A DNA stretch of 63,826 nucleotides, filler included, from Octopus bimaculoides (GCF_001194135.2; 4 parts of 4 records of this genome joined end to end with filler, not necessarily neighbours in it), one strand, 5' to 3'. Counted from the first letter of the whole stretch, positions 39,441 to 52,833 are shown. The notes: generated by a model from the letters alone, not told the origin. Made by a program: numbers and translations.

Positions 39441-39984
39441 TATTAAAAGTACATTTCTCTCTTGTAGGAGAGAAATTGCACTTTTAATATTGAATATTTC
39501 TAATGTTTCCTTGATAAATCTGTTTATCCACCTCTTTCATAAGAATGAGGATATTCTGAAGTAGAGATATATTTATTTCAAAAGTGTCCTTGAATCTACT
39601 AATAGTGCATTCATTACAACAAGTCTCTAGATGACTTACTAGCGACACCCCTTCTCCTACAGTTAATTTATTAGTGGCCCCACCCTTCCCCTATATTGAT
39701 ATTGTTACACTTGCTGTTCGTAAGTGATCTTATAGACTGATTGAAACAATCTTCAAGATTCTAGTGAGAAAACTCAATGACTTGATAAGAGTAGAATTGA
39801 AGAGTTTCATCTGCAAAGTCTGTTTTCCCTTCTTCTTTGTTATCGAAGCTTTCAAAGCATTTCAGTTTGGAGGCCTGGTGATCTGATAGACTTTTATTCT
39901 TCTGTTAAAGTTTCCAGAATATTAAATCTTCTGATAATGGTTCTTCATCTTTGATCTGACACTGTTGCAAATATATTTATCTTT

Positions 39985-40482
39985 TATTCTTTACTTGATT
40001 CGGTCATTTAACCTGGACATGAGGGAGCACCACATTAAAGGGTTTAGTCAAACAATTCAGACCCAGAACAATTTTTTTTTAAACCTAGTTCTTATTCTGT
40101 TGATCTCTTTTGCTGAGCTCCGAAGTTACAGGGATGTAACCACACCAACACCAGTTGTCAAGTGATGGTGGAGGGACAAACACAGACACACATAAATATA
40201 TACATATATATCTACATATATACACTTATATATATATACACATATACACTTGACAACACCGGTTGTCAAGTGGTGGTGGGGGGCAAGTACAGACACAAAG
40301 ACACACACACACATTTATATATGACAGGCTTCTTTTAGATTCATCTAGCGAATCTATTCACAAGGCTTTGGTTGGCCTGAAGCAATAATAGAAGATCCTT
40401 GCTCAAAGTGCCATGCAGTGAAACTGAACACAGAACCCTATGATTTGGAAGCAAACTTCTTACCACACAGCCACACCTGCTA
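39985..40482 (-). mobile_element. tRNA-derived SINE with internal (CA)/(TA) microsatellite (family C); partial copies at about 25918-26105, 37445-37760 and 63435-63680
   Basis: Minus-strand head gtggctgtgtggtaagaagtttgcttcc...; shared body cttttacttgtttcagtcatt...acaccaacaccggttgtcaag recurs at the listed loci. Confidence 0.75.
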
Positions 40483-40624
40483 CATTCATGAAAAATATAT
40501 ATGCCATATCTTTAGATATGAGCTATAGACATAAGAGTCATACCTTTTTTTATGTGTTGCAAGTACTTAGTGACCATGTCAATGCAGGTGCCACTTAAAA
40601 GCAAAACAACCAGTCACAAGTTAA

Positions 40625-41280
40625 TCAATTCACCCCATCAGAGCTCCTAAGCAATTTACTTGCTGCCTGCAGACAAGTCCGCATTGACAAGTTGGAGTCT
40701 GTGGCGAGGCAGATAGAATCATTCTTGTCAAAGTTGGACCTTATTCTTGACAATTTCCTACAAGCTACGACCTCCGTAGATACCTGAGGAGGCCATGTTG
40801 AACTGGTCGTGCAAGCCGAGAAGGATCTTTCCTGGCCACACTCCCTGTCCAAGAACCTTTTTATAGTCCCTTTCTTGAGGTACAGAAGGACAGACTCCTC
40901 TTTATCCTTGGAGGGAGGGACTTCACACTGCTCTGTCAGCAGCACAATTCCCGCTGACAGAGTCTCCCTCTCCGGTGGCACAATTCCCACCAGAGGGGCT
41001 AGGGGTACAGTCGGCTCCACAATGGCCTCCGCCGCCCATCTCCTGTTTTTTTCTTTTTTCTTGTTTTCTTCCTTTCTTCTGCAGAAGCTGGGGCCTCCAT
41101 CGGCACACCCAAGTGACCCTTCTCTTCTCTCGCAGCTTTTACTGGTGAGCAACGAGAGTTGCTCACCTTTCTTTTTCGTTTCGTGGAGGCTTCCGTCTCC
41201 ACAACTTTCTCCTCCTTCTCCCCCTCCGATGGGGGGGGACACACTTTTCAAGCTACTTACCACACAGTCACTCCTGTGGT
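40625..41280 (-). mobile_element. GC-rich frameshifted ORF remnant, probably LINE ORF1 (gag-like) C-terminus
   Basis: Overlapping minus-strand ORFs (40625-41263, 40999-41244) in sharply GC-richer DNA ending at a (TA)n/linker. The family assignment rests on recollection of cephalopod repeat proteins only. Confidence 0.4.
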
Positions 41281-41283
41281 ATG

Positions 41284-41324
<41 letters not shown>

Positions 41325-41424
41325 NNNNNNNNNNNNNNNNNNNNNNNNNNNNNNNNNNNNNNNNNNNNTTAATTAATTAANNNNNNNNNNNNNNNNNNNN
41401 NNNNNNNNNNNNNNNNNNNNNNNN
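41325..41424. other. Artificial scaffold linker, 44 N + TTAATTAATTAA + 44 N
   Basis: Same structure as 27583-27682; 12-mer at 41369-41380. Confidence 0.95.
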
Positions 41425-41820
41425 CTGCCACCTTCTGTGCGTTGTATATATAGCCTTTCTATGTCAGATTTTGGGTGGTGCATCCTATATCCTGTCATTA
41501 TTTTTCTTGTTTTCCTGTCTATTTTACATAGTTCGTTTAGTGTCCAGTTAAGGATGTTGTAGCTGTAGCTTATAACTGGGACAGCTAAAGTGTTGATACC
41601 CATTATCTTGTTTTTAGCATTGAGCTCTGTTTTTAGTATTGATCTAACTCGTCTATAGTACTCTTTCTTTATTTTTTCTTTCATTTGTGTATGTTGTATC
41701 CTATCTAGTTCATTGACTCCTAAATACTTATATGATTGGCTTTCGTCTAGTTCTCTTATTTCATTGGCTTTATCTAGCCATTGCTGGGATTTTTCTCTGT
41801 CTATTTCTTTTGCATTTACT
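41425..41820 (-). mobile_element. R4/Dong-clade retrotransposon RT thumb region, open frame, cut by the gap
   Basis: SYKYLGVNE...KEYYRRVRSILKTELNAKNK..GINTLAVPVISYS...DRKTRK...HHPKSDIERLYIQRTEGG. Confidence 0.88.
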
Positions 41821-41825
41821 TTAGC

Positions 41826-42509
41826 TAGGAAGGAACTCAATATGAATGGAGAACTCCACCCAAGGGCAAAATTAGTAAGATTATACCTACCTATAAAGGA
41901 TGGTAGCAGAGGGTTAATATCAGTAGCAGACTGCGCTAGAATTTTGCTAGTATACGTAGAAACTACTATGTAGTTAATCGTGAAGAAAGTTTATTATAAG
42001 CTGCCAGAGTCACAGCAAGACATAGGGAAACTGAAAACCCATATGATCTTAAAAACCAGATGAAAGAAGAGAAATTACCTGACTAGCAGGAGAAAGCGTT
42101 GCATGATAGATTCCCAAAGATAGTTGCAGTAAATAGTAGAAGTGTGACATGGAATGGTTGCAGAAAGGAAAGCTGAAGAGGGAGTCGGATAGTTTGTTAG
42201 TAGCTGCACAAGATCAAGCATTGAGGACTAATTGGATAGAAGCCAAGATAGACAAAAACAGAGTAGATTCTTAAAGTAGATTATGCAAATTAAAAGAGGA
42301 AAGCGTTACTCACTTAGTAAGTGAATGTAGCATGCTGGCACAGAAGGAATACAAGGAAATACATGACAACCTAAGGAGAAAGCTAGGATTTAAACATACT
42401 GATAAATGATATGAACATCAACCTAGTAAATTACTAGAAACTAAGAAATGGATGTTGTGGGACTTCAACATTCAGACTGACAGTGCAATAGAATTTAGAA
42501 GGCTTGATT

Positions 42510-42563
<54 letters not shown>

Positions 42564-42892
42564 ATAAAGAATAGAAAGTGCCAGATAGAGAATAGAAAGC
42601 GGCAGATAGGGAATAGAAAGTGCCAGATAATTAACTTTACAATCCGAAATAATGAAAACATTAAACATTAATATGAGAAATATAGAATAAATAGCAAAGT
42701 ACCAGGAGACCTAGCCATTGAATTACAGAGACTATGGAAAGTGCGGGTAAAATGAATTCTAGTAGTTATAGGTGCAGTAGTTATAGTGATGGGATGGATA
42801 GAGGAAATAGGCATAATACCCAGTTTACTACAGCTCCAGAAAATAGTGTTATTAGGGATAGTTAGGATACTTAGGAGGGTAGTTGACATCTG
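41826..42892 (+). mobile_element. Decayed R4/Dong-clade 3' half (post-RT, CCHC knuckle, RLE)
   Basis: LHPRAKLVRLYLPIKDGSRGL, AAQDQALRTNW, RLCKLKEESVTHLVSECS, WDFNIQTD...DLVVV, QKIVLLGIVRILRRV; many stops. Confidence 0.85.
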
Positions 42893-42984
42893 AGGTTGCT
42901 TGTTGTAGCCCGATGTTAAGATGTTTTCTTTTCCAACAGTCTAACCTGTTGAGTATATATGAAAATAATAATAATTCGACGATT

Positions 42985-43265
42985 AGAACAGAAACACCTA
43001 CTGATAGACGTTTTGTCCCTTCTGAACAAGATAACGCCCAGAAGGTAGTGCAGAAATTGCCAAAGTACAAGTACCTCAAAATTGAAGTATTCAAGAAGTG
43101 GGGCTCGAAGATGAAAACAATATCAGTAATAACTGGAGCATTGAGCATGATAAAAATCATATAAACAAAAACGTAGAAGCTGTATCTGGATTCTCAACAC
43201 TACGCACTATCTGAAAAAAAAACCTCTCCTAAGAAAAGCCCACATCCTACACAAAACACAATCAA
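42985..43265 (+). mobile_element. Another RLE-element 3' end fragment
   Basis: KLPKYKYLKIEVFKKWGSKMKTISVITGALSMIK matches the K..KY.DL.IE...W......P...GALG pattern. Confidence 0.65.
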
Positions 43266-44155
43266 TTCAATAATACAACCCAAACAAATCTATCCACAAA
43301 CACAAGACGCATTCTATATAGCAATTATCTAATAAAATAAACAACCACCAATACACAAAGAATACACAATACAAAGACTAATACAGCAAAAGACTACGAG
43401 ACACCATAAAAAAGAAACTCACGAAATACAATTCAGAGAAGAGTTTGCCCTCCCCCAACATAGAAAAAGAACACACAATGCTTCATATACCCTAGCGACA
43501 CGGAGGTGTAGCAGGTGATGTAGCAGAAATTTGCCTGAAACAACCAAATGTTGAATACTATTGAAAATTAGAAGCTCCAATGCACTGATGCAGTACCAGG
43601 CAGTGGTTATCATGGCTTCTGATTTTAATTGATTGGAAGTGTTATCATGTACATTGATTTGTTTTGGTATAAAAGATGGGATACAGAAAATATTCTGCTC
43701 AATACCACAGAATTGTTTATCAGTTGCTTGACGTTAAACAGTTGAGCATGTCCTTAGTGGCTGATGATATATGCATCTCTCATCACGGGAAGAGGTAGTG
43801 GGGGAGCATCATAGTTGATAGGAATACTTTGCAGTTTGGATAATTCATTTCTGAAAATATGGGTGTTTCGTTCAACATCCTTAAACAACCCTTATTAAAG
43901 GACTTTTTGAGCGGGATGGGCTACTCGACCTGAAGAAAATTCTATCTAGGCCCCCACCTACAAGGTTGTGGGCCACAGATATTCATATGATGTCGCCATA
44001 TCACGCACATATGGTTGTGATACATGTGCCTGGTATACCCTAATCGAACGGGTAGTCATAATGGGTATACTGGGCTTCGTATATTTTATCCCAGTGACAC
44101 GTTGATGGTATGCACTGATCTTTCACTCAATAGCAACAACAACAACAACAATAAC

Positions 44156-44214
<59 letters not shown>

Positions 44215-44809
44215 CAACAACAACAACAACAACAGCAACAACAATAATAATAATNNNNNNNNNNNNNNNNNNNNNNNNNNNNNNNNNNNNNNNNNNNNNN
44301 NNNNNNNNNNNNNNNNNNNNNNNNNNNNNNNNNNNNNNNNNNNNNNNNNNNNNNNNNNNNNNNNNNNNNNNNNNNNNNNNNNNNNNNNNNNNNNNNNNNN
44401 NNNNNNNNNNNNNNNNNNNNNNNNNNNNNNNNNNNNNNNNNNNNNNNNNNNNNNNNNNNNNNNNNNNNNNNNNNNNNNNNNNNNNNNNNNNNNNNNNNNN
44501 NNNNNNNNNNNNNNNNNNNNNNNNNNNNNNNNNNNNNNNNNNNNNNNNNNNNNNNNNNNNNNNNNNNNNNNNNNNNNNNNNNNNNNNNNNNNNNNNNNNN
44601 NNNNNNNNNNNNNNNNNNNNNNNNNNNNNNNNNNNNNNNNNNNNNNNNNNNNNNNNNNNNNNNNNNNNNNNNNNNNNNNNNNNNNNNNNNNNNNNNNNNN
44701 NNNNNNNNNNNNNNNNNNNNNNNNNNNNNNNNNNNNNNNNNNNNNNNNNNNNNNNNNNNNNNNNNNNNNNNNNNNNNNNNNNNNNNNNNNNNNNNNNNNN
44801 NNNNNNNNN

Positions 44810-45053
44810 CCTATCATAGTAGGTGCCTTAGGTATAATAAAAAAATATTCAGACAAATACATAACAAAAACACCAGGACTTACAAATATATATAACATAC
44901 AGAAAATTGCACTACTGGGTACTGCACACATTCTACGCAAAACACTTTCAATACAGTAAACATAAGAGCACCACAGCAAACCACAGCACATACCCAAGGC
45001 GCACAGAGCTGCGCTCGGTAGTGAAGTGAAAGCACGTTATAAAAATAAAACTA

Positions 45054-45059
<6 letters not shown>
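44810..45059 (+). mobile_element. R4/Dong-clade 3' end, young, followed by (AAT)n
   Basis: PIIVGALGIIKKYSDKYITKTPGLTNIYNIQKIALLGTAHILRKTLSIQ* (stop ends at 44959) plus 3' UTR. An (AAT/AAC)n tract at 44135-44254 precedes the gap. Confidence 0.88.
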
Positions 45060-45117
<58 letters not shown>

Positions 45118-46289
45118 GCAAGCAGACTAGTAGAAGTAACACTCTGAGTTCAAAACCAAGGAAGCAAGGGCACTGCCGCCTTGGCGGACTACCTTGATAG
45201 AGATTATGTCTCGATAAAATTACCGCTTAATAGTAATCTAAAAACACTCCTTCTTTGTGAGTGAAAATGACAGAAAATTAGATGACGGTAACGGTGTGAA
45301 TGGGATTGGAATCAATGGTGAAGACGTCGCACCCAGCAGGTGCCTCAATGTGAAGCAGGGTGGGCCCGGTCGGAATCATGAAATTGCTAGCCATACTTTA
45401 AGACATAAGCGGAGTAAGCAGGTAACATGATGCTTATGGAGTGTTACTACCGGAGCACCCCAGTGGATGCGATTGGGGTGCCTGTCGCAGGGTACAGAAA
45501 ACGAATGTCCAGTGAATAGAAAGCAATGGAACTGTTCGAAATTACTGACCAGAGATTATGTGACCAAGCAAGAGCAATACGAAAGAAGGGATAGTTAACA
45601 GAATTGGAGCTAGAAGCTATTAAAAGAAGGATATCGGGTGAGGCTGGGCATACGAGAAATGAAAGTGGTATAGTGGAAAAGAGGGACATTTTTTTTCCCG
45701 AGAACATAATACCTTGATTTGGAAAAGAATTGAGATCATTGACTACTCAAACATGGAAGATTGATTAATAATAGACAGAATGCTGGATCTATTAAATACA
45801 AAAGGGACAGAATTTATGTGCGACTTTAAGAAGGTTTACCAATGGAGACTAAATCAAGAGATGAATAAAGTCAATAGTCAATACTGTACTGACACACATT
45901 GAAATAAAGAACATCACACAAACAAATAATCTCACCGGGGCTGCTAGTAGGATTTTGGCGGAAAGGATGGGAGGAAATAAACGGATAGAAGAGGAAATAA
46001 GCAACCGTGGTGGAAAAGGAGAATTTCTGAAGGTATGAACTCCTTGAACAGTGTAGTGTCAATACTTGTCAGGAAACAAAATGGAGAACTTAAGAATGAG
46101 TGGAAATTTAAGAAGTATGGTGTAGATACAAAAGGCCTGAATGTTGCAATTGAAGAACTGANNNNNNNNNNNNNNNNNNNNNNNNNNNNNNNNNNNNNNN
46201 NNNNNNNNNNNNNNNNNNNNNNNNNNNNNNNNNNNNNNNNNNNNNNNNNNNNNNNNNNNNNTAGATAGATTATAAGGAAGCTTGTGACT

Positions 46290-46473
46290 ATACTTGTTTC
46301 TTTATTGCCCACAGGGGTTTAAACATAGAAAGGACAATCAAAGGGATTAAGTCGATTACATCAACCCCAGTGCGTAATTTGTACTTATTTAATCGACTCC
46401 GAAAGGATGAAAGGTAAAGTCGACCTCGGCGGAATTTGAACTCAGAACGTAACGGCAGACGAAATACCGTTAA
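46290..46473 (-). mobile_element. Family-A SINE, young copy
   Basis: Reverse-complement match to 31245-31430; CpGs intact. Confidence 0.85.
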
Positions 46474-47999
46474 GCCTGTGACTATATTAGACACTCCTTG
46501 ATAAGTGAATGTTAAGGTTTATTCAGTATTGCAGATGGCATAAAAGATTTTATTAACTAGAATATGAAGAAATGGAAAGTAAATCTTTACTCAGATGATA
46601 CAGCCTTAGCAAGAGTTAATACCAAGAGAGGAAACATCTCGTTATCCCCTTTAATATTTGTGCTATGTTTAATAGTTGTCTTACTATTAAGAAAAGCAAA
46701 ATCAGAGTATCAGTTTAGAGATAGTAAAGGAAAAATTAATAATTTTCTATACAATGATGATCTGGAGATTTCTGTAAGAATAAAAAATAAAGCTAAGTGT
46801 GCCATATTAATCATAAAAAGGAAAAGCAGTGAAAGCACTCAGTTACTAAATGCCCAGAGGTTAAAATCTCTGAAAGAAAGAGAGAACGTTATAAGTAGCC
46901 AGAAGTATAAGAATCTGAGACAGTAATCACTATACAAATGAAAGATACTATTGAAGAGTATATCAGACGGGTGGGAGGGTTGATGAAGTCAGAGCTAAAT
47001 GGTCTGAACCTTGTGATAGCTGTAAATACTTGAGCAGTCCCGTTACTTAGATATTCATCAGCTTTTGTATATTGGACAAAATCTGAATCAGCAAATCTAA
47101 ACAGAAGAATTAGGAAAGAATTCAATATGAATGGAGGACTCCATCCTAGAACAGAAGCAGCATAACTGTAGTTACTTAGATACAAAGGTGGTAGAGGTTA
47201 AATATCAGTAGAATTTTGTGTGAAGTTAGAGAAAATATAGTCGCCTATGTAGATAGTGATGAAGAAAGTGTTTTTTAAAAGCTGCTAGAGTAACAGATAG
47301 GGAAACAGATAGTTGAAAACCAGAAAAAAGAGGGAATATTAGCTGACTGGCAAGGGGAAGCCTTGCATGGTAGATTTTGAAAGATTGTTGCAAAAAATAG
47401 TAATAGTGAGATATGGTTGTGATTGCAGAAAGTACTGAAAAGGGGGATAGAAATCTTGTTAATAACAACATAATATCAGACATTGAGGATTAATTGTAAA
47501 AAAAAGATAAGACTGAGGAAAATGACATAGATAATGAATGTAGGTTATATAAATCAGAAGAAAACAGTACTATTATAATTAATGAATGTAGTATACTCGT
47601 ACAGACAGAATACAAGGAAGGACATGATAACCAATAGGAGAAAAATCCACTAGAAGTTATGTAGAAAACTAGGATTTGATCATACTGTTAAATGGTATAA
47701 ACATGAACCAAGTGCTCGAAAGTAAGAAATATAGGAAATTGTGAGATTTTAACATTCACACTGTTTCAGTAGTAGTAGACAAAGAGAACAGAAAATGCCA
47801 GATATTTGACTTTACAATCCCAAATGAAGAGAAAATGAATATGATATGTATACAGAAAATAGCAAAGTGCCAGGATCTAGCCATTGTGTTAAAGAGACTA
47901 TGTAAAGTGATCGTAATATGAATTCTTTTAGTTAAGGGTGCATTAGGAAGGATCCCTATAGATTTGAACATATGGATAGAGAAGATATGCATAAAACCT

Positions 48000-48268
48000 G
48001 TAAAGGAGCACTCCGATGGTTACGACGACAAGGGCCCCAGCTGATACGTGTACCCCTAACGTAGTTCTCAGGGGGACTCAGCGTGACACATCGCGTGACA
48101 AGGCCGGCCCTTTGAAATAGAGGTACTACTCATTTTTGTCAGCTGAGTGGACTGGAGCAACGTGAAATAAAGTGTCTTGCTCAAGGACACAACGCGTCGC
48201 CGGGGATCGAACTCACGACCTTACGATCGTAAGCCGGATGCCCTAACCATTGAGCCACGCGCCTTCAC
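48000..48268 (-). mobile_element. Young tRNA-derived SINE with a 12-bp TSD
   Basis: A box TGGCTCAATGG, B box GTTCGATCC, gtgtccttgagcaagacactt segment; TSD tgcataaaacct at 47988-47999 and 48269-48280. Confidence 0.9.
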
Positions 48269-48740
48269 TGCATAAAACCTAGTTAAGTGAAGATCCAGAA
48301 AACAGATTTATTGGGACAGTTACGATACTTAACAATGTTCTTGGCATCTAAGGTTAATTTCATCGGATGTGAGGAATCTTTTCCAACAGTTTAATCTCTT
48401 TTGCATAAATAAAATAATAATGATGATGATGATGATATAATAATAATAATGATCATCATCATCATCATCGTTTTAATGATCATCATCGTTTTCATCATCA
48501 TCATCATCGTTTTCATGATCATCATCGTTTTCAGCATCATCATGACCTTGATAAAATTTATTTTATACAAAAACAACACTTTCAAAATTCTCCATATTTC
48601 ATTGGAGTTTCATATTGATCCAGTACATAGAGAACGATCGATATATTGTTGAGTGGCTTGAAATCAATCACCTAGAGCATACAAATACCCACATATGAAT
48701 GTTTGTATGAATACCGATATATATATATGTGTGTGTGTGT

Positions 48741-48785
<45 letters not shown>

Positions 48786-50175
48786 ATATATATTATATAT
48801 GTATGTTTATATATATATACATATATANNNNNNNNNNNNNNNNNNNNNNNNNNNNNNNNNNNNNNNNNNNNNNNNNNNNNNNNNNNNNNNNNNNNNNNNN
48901 NNNNNNNNNNNNNNNNNNNNNNNNNNNNNNNNNNNNNNNNNNNNNNNNNNNNNNNNNNNNNNNNNNNNNNNNNNNNNNNNNNNNNNNNNNNNNNNNNNNN
49001 NNNNNNNNNNNNNNNNNNNNNNNNNNNNNNNNNNNNNNNNNNNNNNNNNNNNNNNNNNNNNNNNNNNNNNNNNNNNNNNNNNNNNNNNNNNNNNNNNNNN
49101 NNNNNNNNNNNNNNNNNNNNNNNNNNNNNNNNNNNNNNNNNNNNNNNNNNNNNNNNNNNNNNNNNNNNNNNNNNNNNNNNNNNNNNNNNNNNNNNNNNNN
49201 NNNNNNNNNNNNNNNNNNNNNNNNNNNNNNNNNNNNNNNNNNNNNNNNNNNNNNNNNNNNNNNNNNNNNNNNNNNNNNNNNNNNNNNNNNNNNNNNNNNN
49301 NNNNNNNNNNNNNNNNNNNNNNNNNNNNNNNNNNNNNNNNNNNNNNNNNNNNNNNNNNNNNNNNNNNNNNNNNNNNNNNNNNNNNNNNNNNNNNNNNNNN
49401 NNNNNNNNNNNNNNNNNNNNNNNNNNNNNNNNNNNNNNNNNNNNNNNNNNNNNNNNNNNNNNNNNNNNNNNNNNNNNATATATATATATATATATATATG
49501 CATACGTAAATAAAAATATGCGAAATGTATGTATGTATGAACCTATATATGTATATATATGTATATATATGTATATATATGTATATATATGTATATATAT
49601 ATGTGTGTGTATGTGTGTGTGTGTGTGTGTGTGTGTACATGCGAGTGCATATGATTGTCCATGAATGTTTCTGTGTAGGTGGGAACGACATGTATTGAAT
49701 GAAAGAAAGAGAGGAAGGTGGGTCGTAAATGAACGAGAGGGAAACTGCGAGAGAGAAGGTGAACGCAGAAAGCTTTTGAGACGTGTATTTTTATTGTATC
49801 ATTTTGCAGTGTTTCGTTTAGTTTCCTTTTCTTCTTCGATATTTCTCGCTATAATTTTATTACTGCTATAAATAAGAGAAATCGACTTTCTCTGTTACTG
49901 AAAACTATTGTTGTTTGCAATTCATACTATACTGGCAGAACATTCTAGCAGAAATTAATTGCTCCAGTGTTTATGATTTACAGTGTTGTGTTCGTATTTT
50001 TTTCTTTTCTTCATCCTCAGTGGTGACTTCACCATAATAGTTAGATCGAATATATTCAGTTTAAAGCTAAGACTGTTGCATTGAAGCCTATCTGAGATGG
50101 CTGTATGATGGTAATATTATTCCTGTAGGAAAATATTGCTATGAATTCACGTCAGTATGAGTACCGCATTTCAAA

Positions 50176-50216
<41 letters not shown>

Positions 50217-51789
50217 NNNNNNNNNNNNNNNNNNNNNNNNNNNNNNNNNNNNNNNNNNNNNNNNNNNNNNNNNNNNNNNNNNNNNNNNNNNNNNNNNNNN
50301 NNNNNNNNNNNNNNNNNNNNNNNNNNNNNNNNNNNNNNNNNNNNNNNNNNNNNNNNNNNNNNNNNNNNNNNNNNNNNNNNNNNNNNNNNNNNNNNNNNNN
50401 NNNNNNNNNNNNNNNNNNNNNNNNNNNNNNNNNNNNNNNNNNNNNNNNNNNNNNNNNNNNNNNNNNNNNNNNNNNNNNNNNNNNNNNNNNNNNNNNNNNN
50501 NNNNNNNNNNNNNNNNNNNNNNNNNNNNNNNNNNNNNNNNNNNNNNNNNNNNNNNNNNNNNNNNNNNNNNNNNNNNNNNNNNNNNNNNNNNNNNNNNNNN
50601 NNNNNNNNNNNNNNNNNNNNNNNNNNNNNNNNNNNNNNNNNNNNNNNNNNNNNNNNNNNNNNNNNNTATATATATATATAGACACATATACATATACATA
50701 TATATATATATATATATATAGATACTGACATGCATGTATATGTGTGTAGGTGTGTTTGGGTGTCTTCAACAATGTTTCGTTATGTAATGATTCTTTAAAT
50801 CTCAACATTAATTACCAGCACTTTAAAACATCCCTTTCCCTAAATATGCTTGCTTTACTAAGGTGAAAATAAAGTGGAAAATAACTATTTACATGTTACA
50901 CATGTGCGTTATTTGATCTATTTAATTACATGCTTGGTCTCATATTGTATTGCACTTATATTTCGCTATAATGTCCGATTACTCTAATATGCTTCTTGGT
51001 TAACACCACATTGGGTCTTTTCGGCGGAAATTATTATCTTCCAACACTGGGACCAGATGTTTCTGTAGCATTTTGACATCATCAGCATCAGTCTCATTAT
51101 TCTAATAGAAAATCTAATATTACTGGCATTGCTTCTCCTCAGTGACTAAGTGATAAATCAAAAATATTCCTGAAAGAATACTGCCTTTTTTTATTCAGGT
51201 GACTTACGATTACTAAGTTTCTGTCATAAACTATAACTAAGTATCGACAAGCTCCGCTTAAACGTCTAGGAATAGATACCAGACCTGATTAGAATGATTT
51301 CATGACATACACATACTTCAATTAACGTAGATAGTAAGTTAGTATTACAGAAGGAAGTAAACTACCACTTATACAAGCAGGCAGCATGAGTCATAGAAGT
51401 TCAGACATTAGATATAGGTAAACCAAACTCACTTCATCTCTTCCTTTATCTGTCTGTCCCTAATCTCCATCTTTCTTCTCTCTTCCATTTCTACTGTGCC
51501 CCTCTATGAAGGTCTCATGCAGTTCTGCATGTGATCTTCACACAATAATAACATATTTAATTTTTAAAATGCCCTCCACTCATTTTCTGCAGATTAGCAA
51601 TCTCATATGAATAGAGAGGAATAGCAGGGAAGGGTATATTTTGTTGAGCTTACCACTAAAACATTGTCTAATCATGGTACCTTTCTGTTAAGACTGATAT
51701 AAATGGATATCATTCCACCAATTTCTCCTAGGTGTGCTATGTTAAGACGATAAACAGGTTAAAATTGCTCGTAGCTGGAACGCTTTCGT

Positions 51790-52320
51790 TTTTCACCGTT
51801 GAGAAGAATTTCAGCCAGGACCAAAAGGTAAGCTGAATGAGGTTCTAATGGTCATGCATACTAAATTCTCAGCAACTGTGATGATTCTAGGAGTCGTCAG
51901 CAATGAAGGAGATATCACGCCTCCTCAATTTCGTCACAGGGCTTAAAATTCAATGCCGCTGTCAACACGCAAGTATTGGAGAAGCTTGTTAGGCTCTGGA
52001 CACATACAGCATGTAACAAGAGACAGTACGTCTTCCAACAAGATTCTACGCTGTCTCACAAGGCCGGGACAAGCGTTGATATGTGCCAACCGCCATGATT
52101 AGTTCCTCCCAGACAAATAGCCCCTATCTTACTAGACCTAAATCCACTGGTTTATTACATACGGGGTGTAGTTAAGGGAGAGGTCAATCAAAACTTCCAT
52201 AGTACTATACAATTTCTCAAGTCTGCCATAACCAGCTTTATCTCAAAAATTGATAAAGGTCATCCGGCCAGTTATTGAAGCAGCCATTGATGAGTTTAAG
52301 TCAAGGATTCTCAAGATTAT
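51790..52320 (+). mobile_element. Tc1/mariner-superfamily maT (DD37D-type) transposase pseudogene fragment
   Basis: HTKFSATVMILGVVSNEGD...YVFQQDSTLSHKA...DLNPLVYYIRGVV (FQQDSAP and SPDLNPLDY motifs), frameshifted. Confidence 0.8.
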
Positions 52321-52495
52321 TTGTACCAATTTGTTTTCAAATACAGTTTTTCTTTGATGAGCTATTCGTCTTTTTCTAAATTTATAAAGATTCCCTAAAA
52401 AAACTAATGAACTTTGTATGTGCGTACAGCAATGTAATTACACACATACTGCTGGTGATTTCATTTCTTTCTTTGGGCTTTTCGTTTTCTTCTTT

Positions 52496-52524
52496 CTGAC
52501 GAAGAGCTATGCGCGAAACATCAA
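52496..52524 (+). ncRNA. Minimal Penelope-type hammerhead motif, degenerate
   Basis: CTGACGA-A-GAGC-TAT-GCGC-GAAACATC-AAA. Confidence 0.4.
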
Positions 52525-52833
52525 ACTCTCTCTTTCACCGACCGTCAAGGTAATAAATTTCTTGTGCACATCATCTGGTCCGTTTATTTTATTCTTTTAT
52601 AGAGAGAGGGGGGAAAGATTGAGAGAAAGAGAAACACGAGACAAAGATAGAAAGGTAGATAAATAAATACAAAGACACACAGACAGATTTAGTTAACTTA
52701 GGCCAAATTTTTTCCACGTTAATCACATATCACGTTCCCGCAAAGATTTTCAGCTAATTTGCAAAGCAATATTATTTTCAGTTATTAATAGTGCATGGTA
52801 TCTGATGGAGGAAATGTTAGTTGTCATTTCTAG

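Larger units (their letters stand above)
45700..48390 (+). mobile_element. Long decayed R4/Dong-clade element interrupted by two SINEs and a gap
   Basis: N-terminal QPWWKRRI...IEEL, RT region TKRG..SLSPLIF...INNFLYNDDL, thumb region VNT*AVPLLRYS...GLHPR, and an RLE tail homologous to 41826-42892. Confidence 0.75.

Noticed and set aside
45320-45500. GC-rich stretch upstream of the long R4-like element as a possible HDV-like ribozyme
   Set aside because: Only a caccc/gggtg stem was found; I could not build the nested double pseudoknot by eye. An RNArobo/Infernal scan would settle it.
50031-50120. Strong acceptor (tttcttttcttcatcctcag) and a GTAATA donor
   Set aside because: All three frames contain stops, so it cannot be supported as coding.
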